A program made the position numbers and the translations under genes. 64,000 nt of DNA, taken from the IMG/VR virus record IMGVR_UViG_3300032038_000020, positions 1-64,000 of that record. The stretch is one strand, 5' to 3'. Positions 49,849 through 58,957 of this stretch are shown in pieces. Below the pieces are notes generated by a model that did no database searches, was not told the DNA's origin, and saw only the letters and a list, made by a program, of their open reading frames with translations. The stretch comes from an uncultured virus (IMG/VR IMGVR_UViG_3300032038_000020). Taxonomy: Duplodnaviria > Heunggongvirae > Uroviricota > Caudoviricetes. How positions within the stretch are numbered: the stretch's first letter is position 1; the number at the start of each line of letters is the position of its first letter.

Positions 49849-50524
49849 AAGTTTTCTCACTCCAATTCTTTACTTCTTCAGCTACTTCGAGAAGTCCATC
49901 ATCTACTGAGTCTACTTCTTCGTAAGCTGTGCGTATATAGTAAAGCACCTTGGTACAAATATCTGGAGTGATGCCGTTGTAGTATCTCTTGAAGAGTTCT
50001 GTCCACTTTCCAAATACCTGATTAGGGTGCGTATAAAAGTTATCGGCGTTATGATAGAGCTGATGCACAGTTTTACTCATCATAACTATTGGTACCATGT
50101 TGTTCGCATGAGCAAATCTGAGCTCTGCTACTACATGAGGTACTGTTACGTATCCATAAGTATTAAGAAAGTGTTCGGTGATCATAACTGTAATGTCGAA
50201 GATCGTTAAGATACAATGGTTCATTTCCAATGTAGCCATGTTCGAATCGATATTGTGCAGTACTTGACAATGATCAAGACCCATCTCCATCAAGTATGCT
50301 TTGTAGTTCTTATAGAATCTGAGTCCTCTAAAGAGATTGATAGCACTATGTATGAATCTATTATAGAGGTCTACATCTATCATGGAATCCTTAGTCTGCA
50401 TCATAGGAAGTTCATACGGTGAACTTGGAGAACACAGTGTAGGATTACCATTATTAAGATACGCTGTTACATCTGGGAAGGGCTGTCCATTACCCTTATA
50501 TGTAAGATCTAATGTTTCATTCAT
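49799..50524 (-). CDS. conserved hypothetical protein, degenerate HNH-like
   Basis: C..LEMNH....IVMMSKTVHQLYH pattern; late-type promoter at 50549-50560. Confidence 0.45.
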   Translation of the reverse strand: MNETLDLTYKGNGQPFPDVTAYLNNGNPTLCSPSSPYELPMMQTKDSMIDVDLYNRFIHSAINLFRGLRFYKNYKAYLMEMGLDHCQVLHNIDSNMATLEMNHCILTIFDITVMITEHFLNTYGYVTVPHVVAELRFAHANNMVPIVMMSKTVHQLYHNADNFYTHPNQVFGKWTELFKRYYNGITPDICTKVLYYIRTAYEEVDSVDDGLLEVAEEVKNWSEKTYASHIDTIPGQSPYRF

Positions 50525-50567
50525 ATTCTATGCCTCCTTAGCACGTATTATAAGATAGTTTAAAGAC

Positions 50568-50766
50568 AAAAAGAGGGGAGGAGGCCGTTAAGCCTCCTCT
50601 GCGAAGGGGGTGAATGGTTCTAGATAAAGCCAAATTAAGCACCACTTGAAGAATGGATGTCGTTACGCCTACGACAACCGAGGGCTCAATAGGCAATACA
50701 TGAGTTGAACCGAATGCTAGAATGATTATAGTCACGTTAGCGAGACGATCCGTCAACATCCCGCTC
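50568..50766 (-). ncRNA. candidate stand-alone structured ncRNA (~200 nt)
   Basis: Own promoter AACA-N6-TG (50766-50777), no SD, several stems whose G-U pairs work only on the minus strand, own terminator. Confidence 0.6.
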
Positions 50767-50794
50767 ACTATAGTGTTATAGGAGTTGTAAAGTA

Positions 50795-51238
50795 TTATTC
50801 TGTTTCTTTAACACTTGTTTTCTTTATGTCAATGATAGCAAGCAACTCTTCCGCCGATACAGCGATATTGCTATTGAGAGGTCTGACATAAATAGAATGG
50901 ACCCGTCTGAAGTCTTGTAATGCCCTGAATACATCTTTATCAAACTGGTCATGAAGCCCAATACTGTACCCTTTGATAAACATAAACAGTCTCACTATAC
51001 CCCATAGAGTATCTCTAAAGAATGATAGACTTATCTGCTTATCAAGGATTGTTTTCTCAAGCTGGGGTTCAGATTTGACGTTTAGGTATCGCTTCAGTAT
51101 TTCCATACAGATGTCGTGTTGCTCTTCGTATGTGTTAAAGTTATGTGATGGTGTGTACTCCATACGTTTCACACAAAAACGAACAAATGATTCTTTGCCG
51201 TCTTTATCGATGAAACTATGGTCTTTGTTGATAGACAT
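50795..51238 (-). CDS. hypothetical protein with a possible peptidoglycan-binding-like helical domain
   Basis: LFMFIKGY..G....FDKDVFRALQDFRR resembles PG_binding_1; promoter at 51263-51274. Confidence 0.45.
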   Translation of the reverse strand: MSINKDHSFIDKDGKESFVRFCVKRMEYTPSHNFNTYEEQHDICMEILKRYLNVKSEPQLEKTILDKQISLSFFRDTLWGIVRLFMFIKGYSIGLHDQFDKDVFRALQDFRRVHSIYVRPLNSNIAVSAEELLAIIDIKKTSVKETE

Positions 51239-51335
51239 AAACAGTCCCTCCTTTAAAGTGATTATAGAATGGTTGCGGGAACTGTAAATGAGCAGTAACA
51301 GCAGAGGGAGGCTATTGCCCCCCTCCGCGTATATG

Positions 51336-52478
51336 TCACTTTATGTCGGATTCATTGACCCAACCAGTCACATAATTACCGATAGGAGTTTTACCTACAT
51401 TGCTAGAAGAATTTGTTATTCTGATACGTCCATTGAGTACTTTACCATCATAGATGAAGTAAGTACCAGTCTTCTTACCAGAAGGGTTCTTAGCTGTAGA
51501 TGATGTGTAGAGATCTACACTAGAAAGCTCAACTTTCTGTCCTTCACGAATAGTTGTAGTAGGTGCAGGAGCAGGTGTAGGCTCTTCCTTCTTAGTCTCC
51601 TGAACAACAGGAGCTGGAGCAGCCACTGTAGTAGGATTATCGATCCATCCAGTTACATAGTTACCGATAGGATTCTTACCTACATTAGCCGCAGAGTTAG
51701 TGATACGAATACGTCCATTGACTACTTTATCATCGTATCTGTAGAAAGTACCAGTCTTCTTACCAGAAGGGTTCTTAGCAGATGCAGATGAATAGAGAGG
51801 AGTATTGTTCAGCTGAAGAACGTTATCGTCTGTTACAACAGGCTGTACAGGCTTCGGCTCTTCTTCAGGCTGTTCTGTTGCGGGCTGAACACCATTGATC
51901 TTAGCTGGGTAGTCTACATAGCAGTAGTCAGCATCTACATCGCCGTAGATACCAGGAATCTTAGCAGTCCAGCTATACTGCCACATAGTGTGACCAGTGT
52001 AAGACGTTCTGTTTACTCCAACTTGAGCTATCCACACATCATACTTGTTCTTGATCTGTGAAGAGATAGCTTTAGACATGTCGAGGAATGTGTAGAGACC
52101 TACATAGTATCCTGCAGCCTTAACCTTATCGAGGAATGCAGGAATAATAGTATTCACGATTCCTCTCTGCTTTCCTTCCTCTACATCGTAGAAGAGAGGG
52201 TAGTCGAATGTCTTACCCTTGACAGCCTGAAGGAAGCAGTCAGCCTCTATGCGAGCCTCTGCAGCAGACATAGCATATGAATACCAATAAGCACCCACCA
52301 TAAGTCCAGCAGCTTTAGCACCAGCATAGTACTCTTCGAACTTCTTATCCTTCTGGGAGATGAGTCTTCCATATCCAGCACGGATAATAACAAAGTCTAT
52401 ACCAGAATTCTTAACTGCGTTCCAGTTTATGTTACCCTGGAAATATGAGACGTCAATGCCTCTATATGTTTTGCTCAT
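51336..52478 (-). CDS. endolysin: GH25 muramidase plus two cell-wall-binding repeats
   Basis: GIDVSYFQG, IIRAGYG, GAYWYSYA, YDVEE, MWQYS, VDAD; two ~60-aa repeats; late promoter at 52502-52513. Confidence 0.93.
   Translation of the reverse strand: MSKTYRGIDVSYFQGNINWNAVKNSGIDFVIIRAGYGRLISQKDKKFEEYYAGAKAAGLMVGAYWYSYAMSAAEARIEADCFLQAVKGKTFDYPLFYDVEEGKQRGIVNTIIPAFLDKVKAAGYYVGLYTFLDMSKAISSQIKNKYDVWIAQVGVNRTSYTGHTMWQYSWTAKIPGIYGDVDADYCYVDYPAKINGVQPATEQPEEEPKPVQPVVTDDNVLQLNNTPLYSSASAKNPSGKKTGTFYRYDDKVVNGRIRITNSAANVGKNPIGNYVTGWIDNPTTVAAPAPVVQETKKEEPTPAPAPTTTIREGQKVELSSVDLYTSSTAKNPSGKKTGTYFIYDGKVLNGRIRITNSSSNVGKTPIGNYVTGWVNESDIK
51345..51830 (-). repeat. tandem intragenic repeat (285-bp offset) encoding the endolysin binding modules
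   Basis: 34-bp identity AAGTACCAGTCTTCTTACCAGAAGGGTTCTTAGC at 51461 and 51746. Confidence 0.85.
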
Positions 52479-52549
52479 AGTATAACCTCCTTTATAGGTA
52501 TTATATGAATGTTTAGGGGCCTAGATAAGTAGACCCCTATACGAATGAA

Positions 52550-55500
52550 TTAGAATGTAGGATCAGAACCTACTACAGTCATAGAAGTGATTCGTCCCTT
52601 AGCATCGAATTCGCAAACGAATTCTTTACCGTCGTCTGAATCGATAGTCATGTCAGTGTAAAGGTTTGCATATCCAGTAGCAGAAGGATTGTATATCGGT
52701 ACCTTGTTATCAGTTCCTCCTCCAATATCTGCATAAACATCTTCCCATCTAAAGGTGAGAACTCTTGTTGTAGATCTGAGAATACCTTCTTCTACTGTAG
52801 AGTAGTAAAGTCCGTCTGCGTAATCATCAGAATACCTAGAATCTGAATTAGCAAATACTGAGCTGACTTTACTAGCAGTGGATGTGCTATGATGCTGTGT
52901 GATTCTGAAGAATCCAGTAGCCATAGGAGACCTTCTACCTTCCATATTTTCTATATATTCCTCTTTCTCACACGAAGTATTATAGAAGTACTTTCTTCCG
53001 AATATCTCCTGGAAACCACTCTTTATGAAGAAACGATGGTTTATTACATCTATCGTTACACGAGCTGGCTGTCCAGCTATAAACAGCACGGTTGTAGTTA
53101 TAGACTTGCTGGCAAGTCTTTCAGTAAGACCATTTACAGTATCTAAATCATAGAACACCAGTCCTGTACCACCAGAGATCTCTTTTCGTGTCTTAACCAT
53201 AAACACTTCGTATCTTACTGGATCTGGATCTCCGTCGTTATATTTATCACATATGTCTCTGAGTCCCTTGAATGAGACACCGAGAATTGGGCATATAACA
53301 GGAAGGATCGTTTCTACTTCTTTACCAGTCTTATCTGTAGCAGAATCGATGTACCAGTATATCGGAAGCTCGAGGTCGTTCAGTAACATTGGATCAGACC
53401 AGAATGATCTAGCCCACTGATAACGATCATATCCTTCGATAGCCATACCAGTACTTGAACCGTCAGCATTATAAATCATCGCATATCCAGTATTGGACTG
53501 TCTGTTGACTTCTGAGACTTTTCTATTAGACTTAGCGAAGTGTTTCATGCCAACAAGAGGACCAGCAATATCTACACTTCTATTAGTACTAAGTCCTAAC
53601 AGGAGATCTTTCCAGTTGATAGTGTCCGCTTCGATTGGTTCTATACCAGTACCAGTGAGAAGAAGCTTATCACCATTCTCATCCGTGAGAGAAAGTGCAG
53701 TTACTTTCTTTAGACCAGCAGTAACCTTAGCCACATTTATTCTGTTAGCTTCGTTTACGGAATAGTCTATAGAAGAATCTGTCTTGTCTCTAAGATATGT
53801 GTCTATACCGCCGTGAGGATGCTCAGAAGTTACATTAAACTTATACATCGCAGTAGTAGTATATTTATTCTCAGCCTGCCAAGTTATAGCAGTATTGGCA
53901 TCAAAGAAGCTCATCTTGACGTTAATGGACTCGAAGTTTCTGTTGTCATCGTTAACTTCCTTGATTCCTTTTCCATTACCTACGTCTTTAGTAAAGAGAT
54001 CGTACATGAAATCATAAAGACTTCTGTACTTAGTCTTACTACTGTCAGTGTAGATGAACTGTTCATCTATACCTCTATTATACATAGACATTTTGTGAAG
54101 AGCAGTAGTTTCGTCTCTATCGAAAAGCTTCCAGCATTCTATGGTCTTAAACCACTTCTGGAAGTCGATTCCATATTGTGTGTCAGGACGTGGCGGGAAT
54201 GTGTTAGCCTTTGGTACTCTAGGATAAGGACAAGTAGGCTGATAGAAAGCAGCACAAGAAGGTACTACTTGAGCTGCAGAGTATGGGAATAATCTTACGC
54301 CTCTACATTTGATGTCATACTTGTTCCTTCCTTTTGTCTCAGTTCTCCAAGTGCTTGTATCAGCATTCCATAAGTGAGCAACAAGAGTCTCTTTATAGAA
54401 TACATCGTTCCTCTGAATATCAGGCGAGCTGGTAGGAGCTTCAGTGAAATGGAATGTTACAGCATATTCGTACCATCCATATTGTTTATGAGTGTCATCA
54501 TTCTGACCGTCATAATAGTACAGAGTCTTATCTATACCAGCATTTTTATAGTTCTGATACATACTCTTGGTTACAACAGTAGTAAACTCTCTATCCTCGA
54601 ACAGCTGATAGGAATCGATATGCATCTCTTCGACATCGAGATTGTTTACAACGTGGATAGGACGTCCTATTGCAGATGCATCTCCATTTATAGCATAGGT
54701 AGCTCGAGTATACTTCAGTATCGCAAAGATGGTAGAGTTCTCATAGAGAATTTCCTTGGTATCAAAGTTTACCATGTGAGGATATCTTATCACTATCTTG
54801 TATACTGCATAGTAGTCTCTACCCTCATCATTTGAATTGACGAAGTATGGTAAAGAATCAAAACCAGATACTTCATACTCGAATGTATAATCTGGTGTAG
54901 TGATCGAATCTGTTCCTATGGTGAACTTCGCATTGTTCTGGGAGTACTTGAGCTTGATATTAGAAGTGAAAGTAGTACCATGACTACTATCGTCGAGTTT
55001 GTATACGATATCCTCCAGATCCTTTGAAAGGTGCAACGATCTAAAGTTGAATATAACTTTCTTGCAGTTCTCTTCTGAGATACCAGTAGCAGTTTTGATC
55101 TCCTCTATAATCTCGTCAGACATCTTATAAGTTACAAGACAATGACGATCAGCTGTTATAGGGGTTACATCTGTTTTGTCGAATGGATCGGCATACATAG
55201 AAAGCTCTGGGTATTGATCGGAATTAGAACCAAAGAATCCATATCCAGATCCAGCAAGTACAAGATGTCCATTAGATGGATTGGTAAGAATATCGAAACC
55301 GTAGTTCTTAGTTCCGTTAGCCTTGATACTCCACCAATGAGTTATGATATATGGTGCATAATCAGACTCTTCTATATTGATTTCAGACTTAGCACCATTG
55401 ATCGTGATATCGGTAGGACGTGGAAATGATAACGAGATATAGTTATCTATATCTCTTACAGGTACATACTTGATACTTTGCATATCGTATTTGACATCAA

Positions 55501-56941
55501 TACCTTCATCTGCACATCCTATAGCCAGATAGTACTTAGGAAGTTCATTGAGTGACTCTATGTGCTCAAAGAATCCTCCAGGATATGGAGTAAGATGAAG
55601 AGGATTAGAGCCATGATCTCTATCCATGATACTCTGATATGAAGATGCAGGATCACTTGAGTAGGGGATAGCATATCTTGTTCTGAACTGCTCGGAGAGG
55701 TTTCCTATGGTTTGTACTATTGCTTGAGTAGCCAATACGTTACAAAAAGCTCCTTCATACTTATCGTATATACTTCCTTCTTCTCCGCTGTCTCCATTAG
55801 GAGTCATAAACGCACATACAGCTACATTAGACTGAAGTCTGTTAAGGTCATCGATCTCAACGTTTGCCACTGGAGCCATAGCAAAACCTTGATCGCCGCT
55901 CTTAGGAGCATAAGAATAGAACTGGTATAATACCAAGTCCTCATTGTTTCTGACAAGAGAATAGTTCATACAGTTATTCTGCTGAAGAGAAACGGCTCTG
56001 GATAAGAGATTATATGAAGTACCTGTTTCGCCATTAACGATTTCTTCTATCTCTCTATCGAGATCCACTGAATACATTTTGAGTGTACCAGGCGCATTAG
56101 TATCTACAGGAGAAAGAAAAACAAAAGAGCTACTCTCTGTTTCTGTCATTGAAGCAGCATACAGAGTTGGCTGTGGGTCGATATTGTCTGATTTGTAGAG
56201 TTTGCTCGGATCGATATCGAGAAAATACATATGTGCTTCGTCAGCTTCCATATCTTGTATCGTATACGCTTTATCAGTTTTCTTCTGAGTAAGGAAAAGA
56301 CCAGATGCCTTTCCTTTCTTAGTCTTCAGTTTAGTTACAGTAGTCTGCATCACACTCTTGATAGTGTGATCTTCTCTAGCTGTCGATCCCGTTTTGTCAT
56401 AGTAAGAATCTGGATACTGCTTCTTGTTAGTATCAGAAGCTCCTTCGCTGTCAGTATAACGATAGAACGATATAGGATCGATAGACTTCATATCGATAAT
56501 CGGATCAGCATCACTTACAAGAACGCCACTATCGTCTTCGATTATCTTTCTACGAAACTCTTTGAATGATCCTCCACCTATCTCATTAGTAGGAGCTATG
56601 AAGATCTTGTTAGCATCAAGATCTATAAGAGCCATTACATACTCTCCTACATCTGGGAGAGAATCTAACGGGTCACCATCGAAATTGAAACATTGGTCTG
56701 CCGTAAACTGAGCAACTACATCGTTATTCTGGTTCTTGACATCGAATACCTTATGCCAAGAGCTATACGGATAGTTAGGAAGAGTAGCAGTTGCTAAGTA
56801 TTCTTTAAGGATTATACCTTTCACTTTAACAGGATAGGATGTATCCATAGTGAGGTGATTGACAGCTGGACCTGACGACCCAGAGTCTTGTGTAAGCGTA
56901 TGGATAAGGTCCATACGTCTAGTGAGAAGTTCTGTACTCAT
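52550..56941 (-). CDS. very large late protein, probable tail fibre/receptor-binding or baseplate component
   Basis: 1463 aa, beta-rich; late promoter at 56968-56979; no catalytic motif recognised. Confidence 0.5.
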   Translation of the reverse strand: MSTELLTRRMDLIHTLTQDSGSSGPAVNHLTMDTSYPVKVKGIILKEYLATATLPNYPYSSWHKVFDVKNQNNDVVAQFTADQCFNFDGDPLDSLPDVGEYVMALIDLDANKIFIAPTNEIGGGSFKEFRRKIIEDDSGVLVSDADPIIDMKSIDPISFYRYTDSEGASDTNKKQYPDSYYDKTGSTAREDHTIKSVMQTTVTKLKTKKGKASGLFLTQKKTDKAYTIQDMEADEAHMYFLDIDPSKLYKSDNIDPQPTLYAASMTETESSSFVFLSPVDTNAPGTLKMYSVDLDREIEEIVNGETGTSYNLLSRAVSLQQNNCMNYSLVRNNEDLVLYQFYSYAPKSGDQGFAMAPVANVEIDDLNRLQSNVAVCAFMTPNGDSGEEGSIYDKYEGAFCNVLATQAIVQTIGNLSEQFRTRYAIPYSSDPASSYQSIMDRDHGSNPLHLTPYPGGFFEHIESLNELPKYYLAIGCADEGIDVKYDMQSIKYVPVRDIDNYISLSFPRPTDITINGAKSEINIEESDYAPYIITHWWSIKANGTKNYGFDILTNPSNGHLVLAGSGYGFFGSNSDQYPELSMYADPFDKTDVTPITADRHCLVTYKMSDEIIEEIKTATGISEENCKKVIFNFRSLHLSKDLEDIVYKLDDSSHGTTFTSNIKLKYSQNNAKFTIGTDSITTPDYTFEYEVSGFDSLPYFVNSNDEGRDYYAVYKIVIRYPHMVNFDTKEILYENSTIFAILKYTRATYAINGDASAIGRPIHVVNNLDVEEMHIDSYQLFEDREFTTVVTKSMYQNYKNAGIDKTLYYYDGQNDDTHKQYGWYEYAVTFHFTEAPTSSPDIQRNDVFYKETLVAHLWNADTSTWRTETKGRNKYDIKCRGVRLFPYSAAQVVPSCAAFYQPTCPYPRVPKANTFPPRPDTQYGIDFQKWFKTIECWKLFDRDETTALHKMSMYNRGIDEQFIYTDSSKTKYRSLYDFMYDLFTKDVGNGKGIKEVNDDNRNFESINVKMSFFDANTAITWQAENKYTTTAMYKFNVTSEHPHGGIDTYLRDKTDSSIDYSVNEANRINVAKVTAGLKKVTALSLTDENGDKLLLTGTGIEPIEADTINWKDLLLGLSTNRSVDIAGPLVGMKHFAKSNRKVSEVNRQSNTGYAMIYNADGSSTGMAIEGYDRYQWARSFWSDPMLLNDLELPIYWYIDSATDKTGKEVETILPVICPILGVSFKGLRDICDKYNDGDPDPVRYEVFMVKTRKEISGGTGLVFYDLDTVNGLTERLASKSITTTVLFIAGQPARVTIDVINHRFFIKSGFQEIFGRKYFYNTSCEKEEYIENMEGRRSPMATGFFRITQHHSTSTASKVSSVFANSDSRYSDDYADGLYYSTVEEGILRSTTRVLTFRWEDVYADIGGGTDNKVPIYNPSATGYANLYTDMTIDSDDGKEFVCEFDAKGRITSMTVVGSDPTF

Positions 56942-57012
56942 TACATTTCCTCCTTTGTGTTGATTGTTACTTAGATGTTTCGGAACAAGAAAAAATAAGG
57001 GGTAGGGAGAGC

Positions 57013-57819
57013 TTAACGCCCTCCCCTCCTTCTTGTTTCGAGATACAGTTCGGATATTACTGTATTCAGACTCATCAGCAGGTTGTAATTGTATTCGATG
57101 TTCAACGCTCCCATGTATGATGGGTCTGGAGCTCTATCTATAGTAAACTCACTCACGAATCCAGGTATGATACGGAAGTGAGATTGACTGTTAAACTCCC
57201 TATACCATTCTACAGGGAGTAATCTATTGATATAACTCTTTGATATGCTGCTTAGATACTTGATAGCGGAATCGATATCGTTATTCAGCAGGTAACCAAA
57301 GAGATTGCATAGGAAAGTAACCCAAGTATCATAGTGAATCGGTAAAGCTTCATCTTTAACTCCCTTCACGTCTAAGATAGATTCTTCATTATCTACTCCG
57401 AAGAAGAACTCTAACTTAGGACACTCTGTCTTGAGGAATATGTCATAGCGATTCTTCAAGACAAACTCTATAGGCGAAAATGAAGTCTGATGTAGTGGAC
57501 GAGTGATAAAGAGTGCATCTTTCTTTATCGAAATGATCTCGTCTAATTCTATAGAGTTGGATTCTATAAGAAGTTTTCTCGCTTCTTCAAACCCAGTCTC
57601 AAGAACTTGCTTGAGCTTTGGGTTTTCTCTTTGCATGAGACCTATCTTGATCTGACGTTCCTTCTTGTCCATCACAAGGAATTCATTATAGGTCTCTTTC
57701 GTGATCGCACCATACTTTAGCAGTATGCTTATATTAGCTTTTCGTATGTCATATTCATAGATACTACTCTGTACGTATCGTAACGGAGTAGTGTAGTTTG
57801 TTTTCTTCCATATGCTCAT
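57013..57819 (-). CDS. putative minimal DNA-polymerase palm-like protein
   Basis: IYEYDIRKAN (motif A-like) and ISIKKDALF (motif C-like). Confidence 0.4.
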   Translation of the reverse strand: MSIWKKTNYTTPLRYVQSSIYEYDIRKANISILLKYGAITKETYNEFLVMDKKERQIKIGLMQRENPKLKQVLETGFEEARKLLIESNSIELDEIISIKKDALFITRPLHQTSFSPIEFVLKNRYDIFLKTECPKLEFFFGVDNEESILDVKGVKDEALPIHYDTWVTFLCNLFGYLLNNDIDSAIKYLSSISKSYINRLLPVEWYREFNSQSHFRIIPGFVSEFTIDRAPDPSYMGALNIEYNYNLLMSLNTVISELYLETRRRGGR

Positions 57820-57830
57820 ACGTAGCCTCC

Positions 57831-58307
57831 TTAATCTGGAGGATCATTAGGAAGATCCTCCAGAGGGAAATTGATTCGAACCCAATCAAGATCCAACTCA
57901 ATCTGTTCCAAACCTCTATCCGAGAAGGTAGCTTCTTTGATTGTCTCCAGATCTTGGGGTTCTTTTACAATATTGCAGACACATCCGTACAGCATAAGAA
58001 TGTACCCTGCCATTGTTTCCGCAAGGTATTCGGCATACGGTATACTGAAGTCTACAAGTATAACTACATCATTACCGTAATGGACATTACGCATGATGTC
58101 TACTATTATCTTATGAACTTCAGGCTTCCCAGTCCATAGTTCATAACAGAATCTATTGAACTCGGAATCATCGTTATACATCATAAGGTTACTTGTATAA
58201 TTGAACGGATCCAAGCTAGATATCTTGGGATAGTTCTCATTATACGAGCATAACGAGAGTACCATAGTATCCTCATGACCAAACGGGAATTGCGAGAATG
58301 CTATCAT
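57831..58307 (-). CDS. hypothetical protein
   Basis: TGATG coupling to the upstream gene; GGAGGT SD. Confidence 0.7.
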   Translation of the reverse strand: MIAFSQFPFGHEDTMVLSLCSYNENYPKISSLDPFNYTSNLMMYNDDSEFNRFCYELWTGKPEVHKIIVDIMRNVHYGNDVVILVDFSIPYAEYLAETMAGYILMLYGCVCNIVKEPQDLETIKEATFSDRGLEQIELDLDWVRINFPLEDLPNDPPD

Positions 58308-58894
58308 CACTGACCTCCCCACATTGGTGTGAACAGCATCTGCTGCTGTGGCTGCTGAGGTGCTGGATAGATCTGATAAGCATATGCTTTGTTCTGTATC
58401 TGTCCTACGAATGCTTGGTCGATACTAGATGTCATGGAAGGATGATGCGGGAATCCAGTTACCATCAAGATTCCATAGAATTTTGCAAAGACATAAAACA
58501 GAACGTCCTTGAAGTTTCTCACATCTAAAGTGCTCACTATCTTATCTCCACCATCCTGATAGAAGATAAAATCGATATCTTCAAACAGCATCTTAGCTGC
58601 AATTGTCGATACGAACTCATCTATTGTTGGTGTCATATCTGAGCGAGTAAGATAGTTGATGTAACAGATTTCGAAACTGTTTCTATCTCCATTCTGTAAG
58701 AATGAATAACAGTTAAGATCAGGAAGCAGAGCACTTCCAATCAGAACTCTTTGAGCTGCCATAGCCTGAACCTGTGCCTGATCGACCATAGGGTCGTCAA
58801 GCAGAATGACAAAGTGTTTACGACCATTACTATCAAGAGTATATCTTACCATTGAAAGGTCGTTAGCATTGTTTATATAGTATGCATGAGCCAT
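58307..58894 (-). CDS. hypothetical protein with a Q-rich tail
   Basis: AAAGGAGGT SD. Confidence 0.7.
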   Translation of the reverse strand: MAHAYYINNANDLSMVRYTLDSNGRKHFVILLDDPMVDQAQVQAMAAQRVLIGSALLPDLNCYSFLQNGDRNSFEICYINYLTRSDMTPTIDEFVSTIAAKMLFEDIDFIFYQDGGDKIVSTLDVRNFKDVLFYVFAKFYGILMVTGFPHHPSMTSSIDQAFVGQIQNKAYAYQIYPAPQQPQQQMLFTPMWGGQ

Positions 58895-58957
58895 ACCAAT
58901 ACCTCCTTTTCTATAGTGTTAGGGGATGAGTAAAATCACCCCCTAACGTCGATACTA

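Noticed and set aside
50538..50768. 76-aa hydrophobic ORF on the minus strand
   Set aside because: Its GTG lies inside the promoter motif upstream of the predicted TSS, it has no SD, and it runs through the terminator
51345..51830. Repeat pair as a diversity-generating retroelement TR/VR
   Set aside because: Both copies are in-frame domains of the endolysin, and there is no reverse transcriptase in the window
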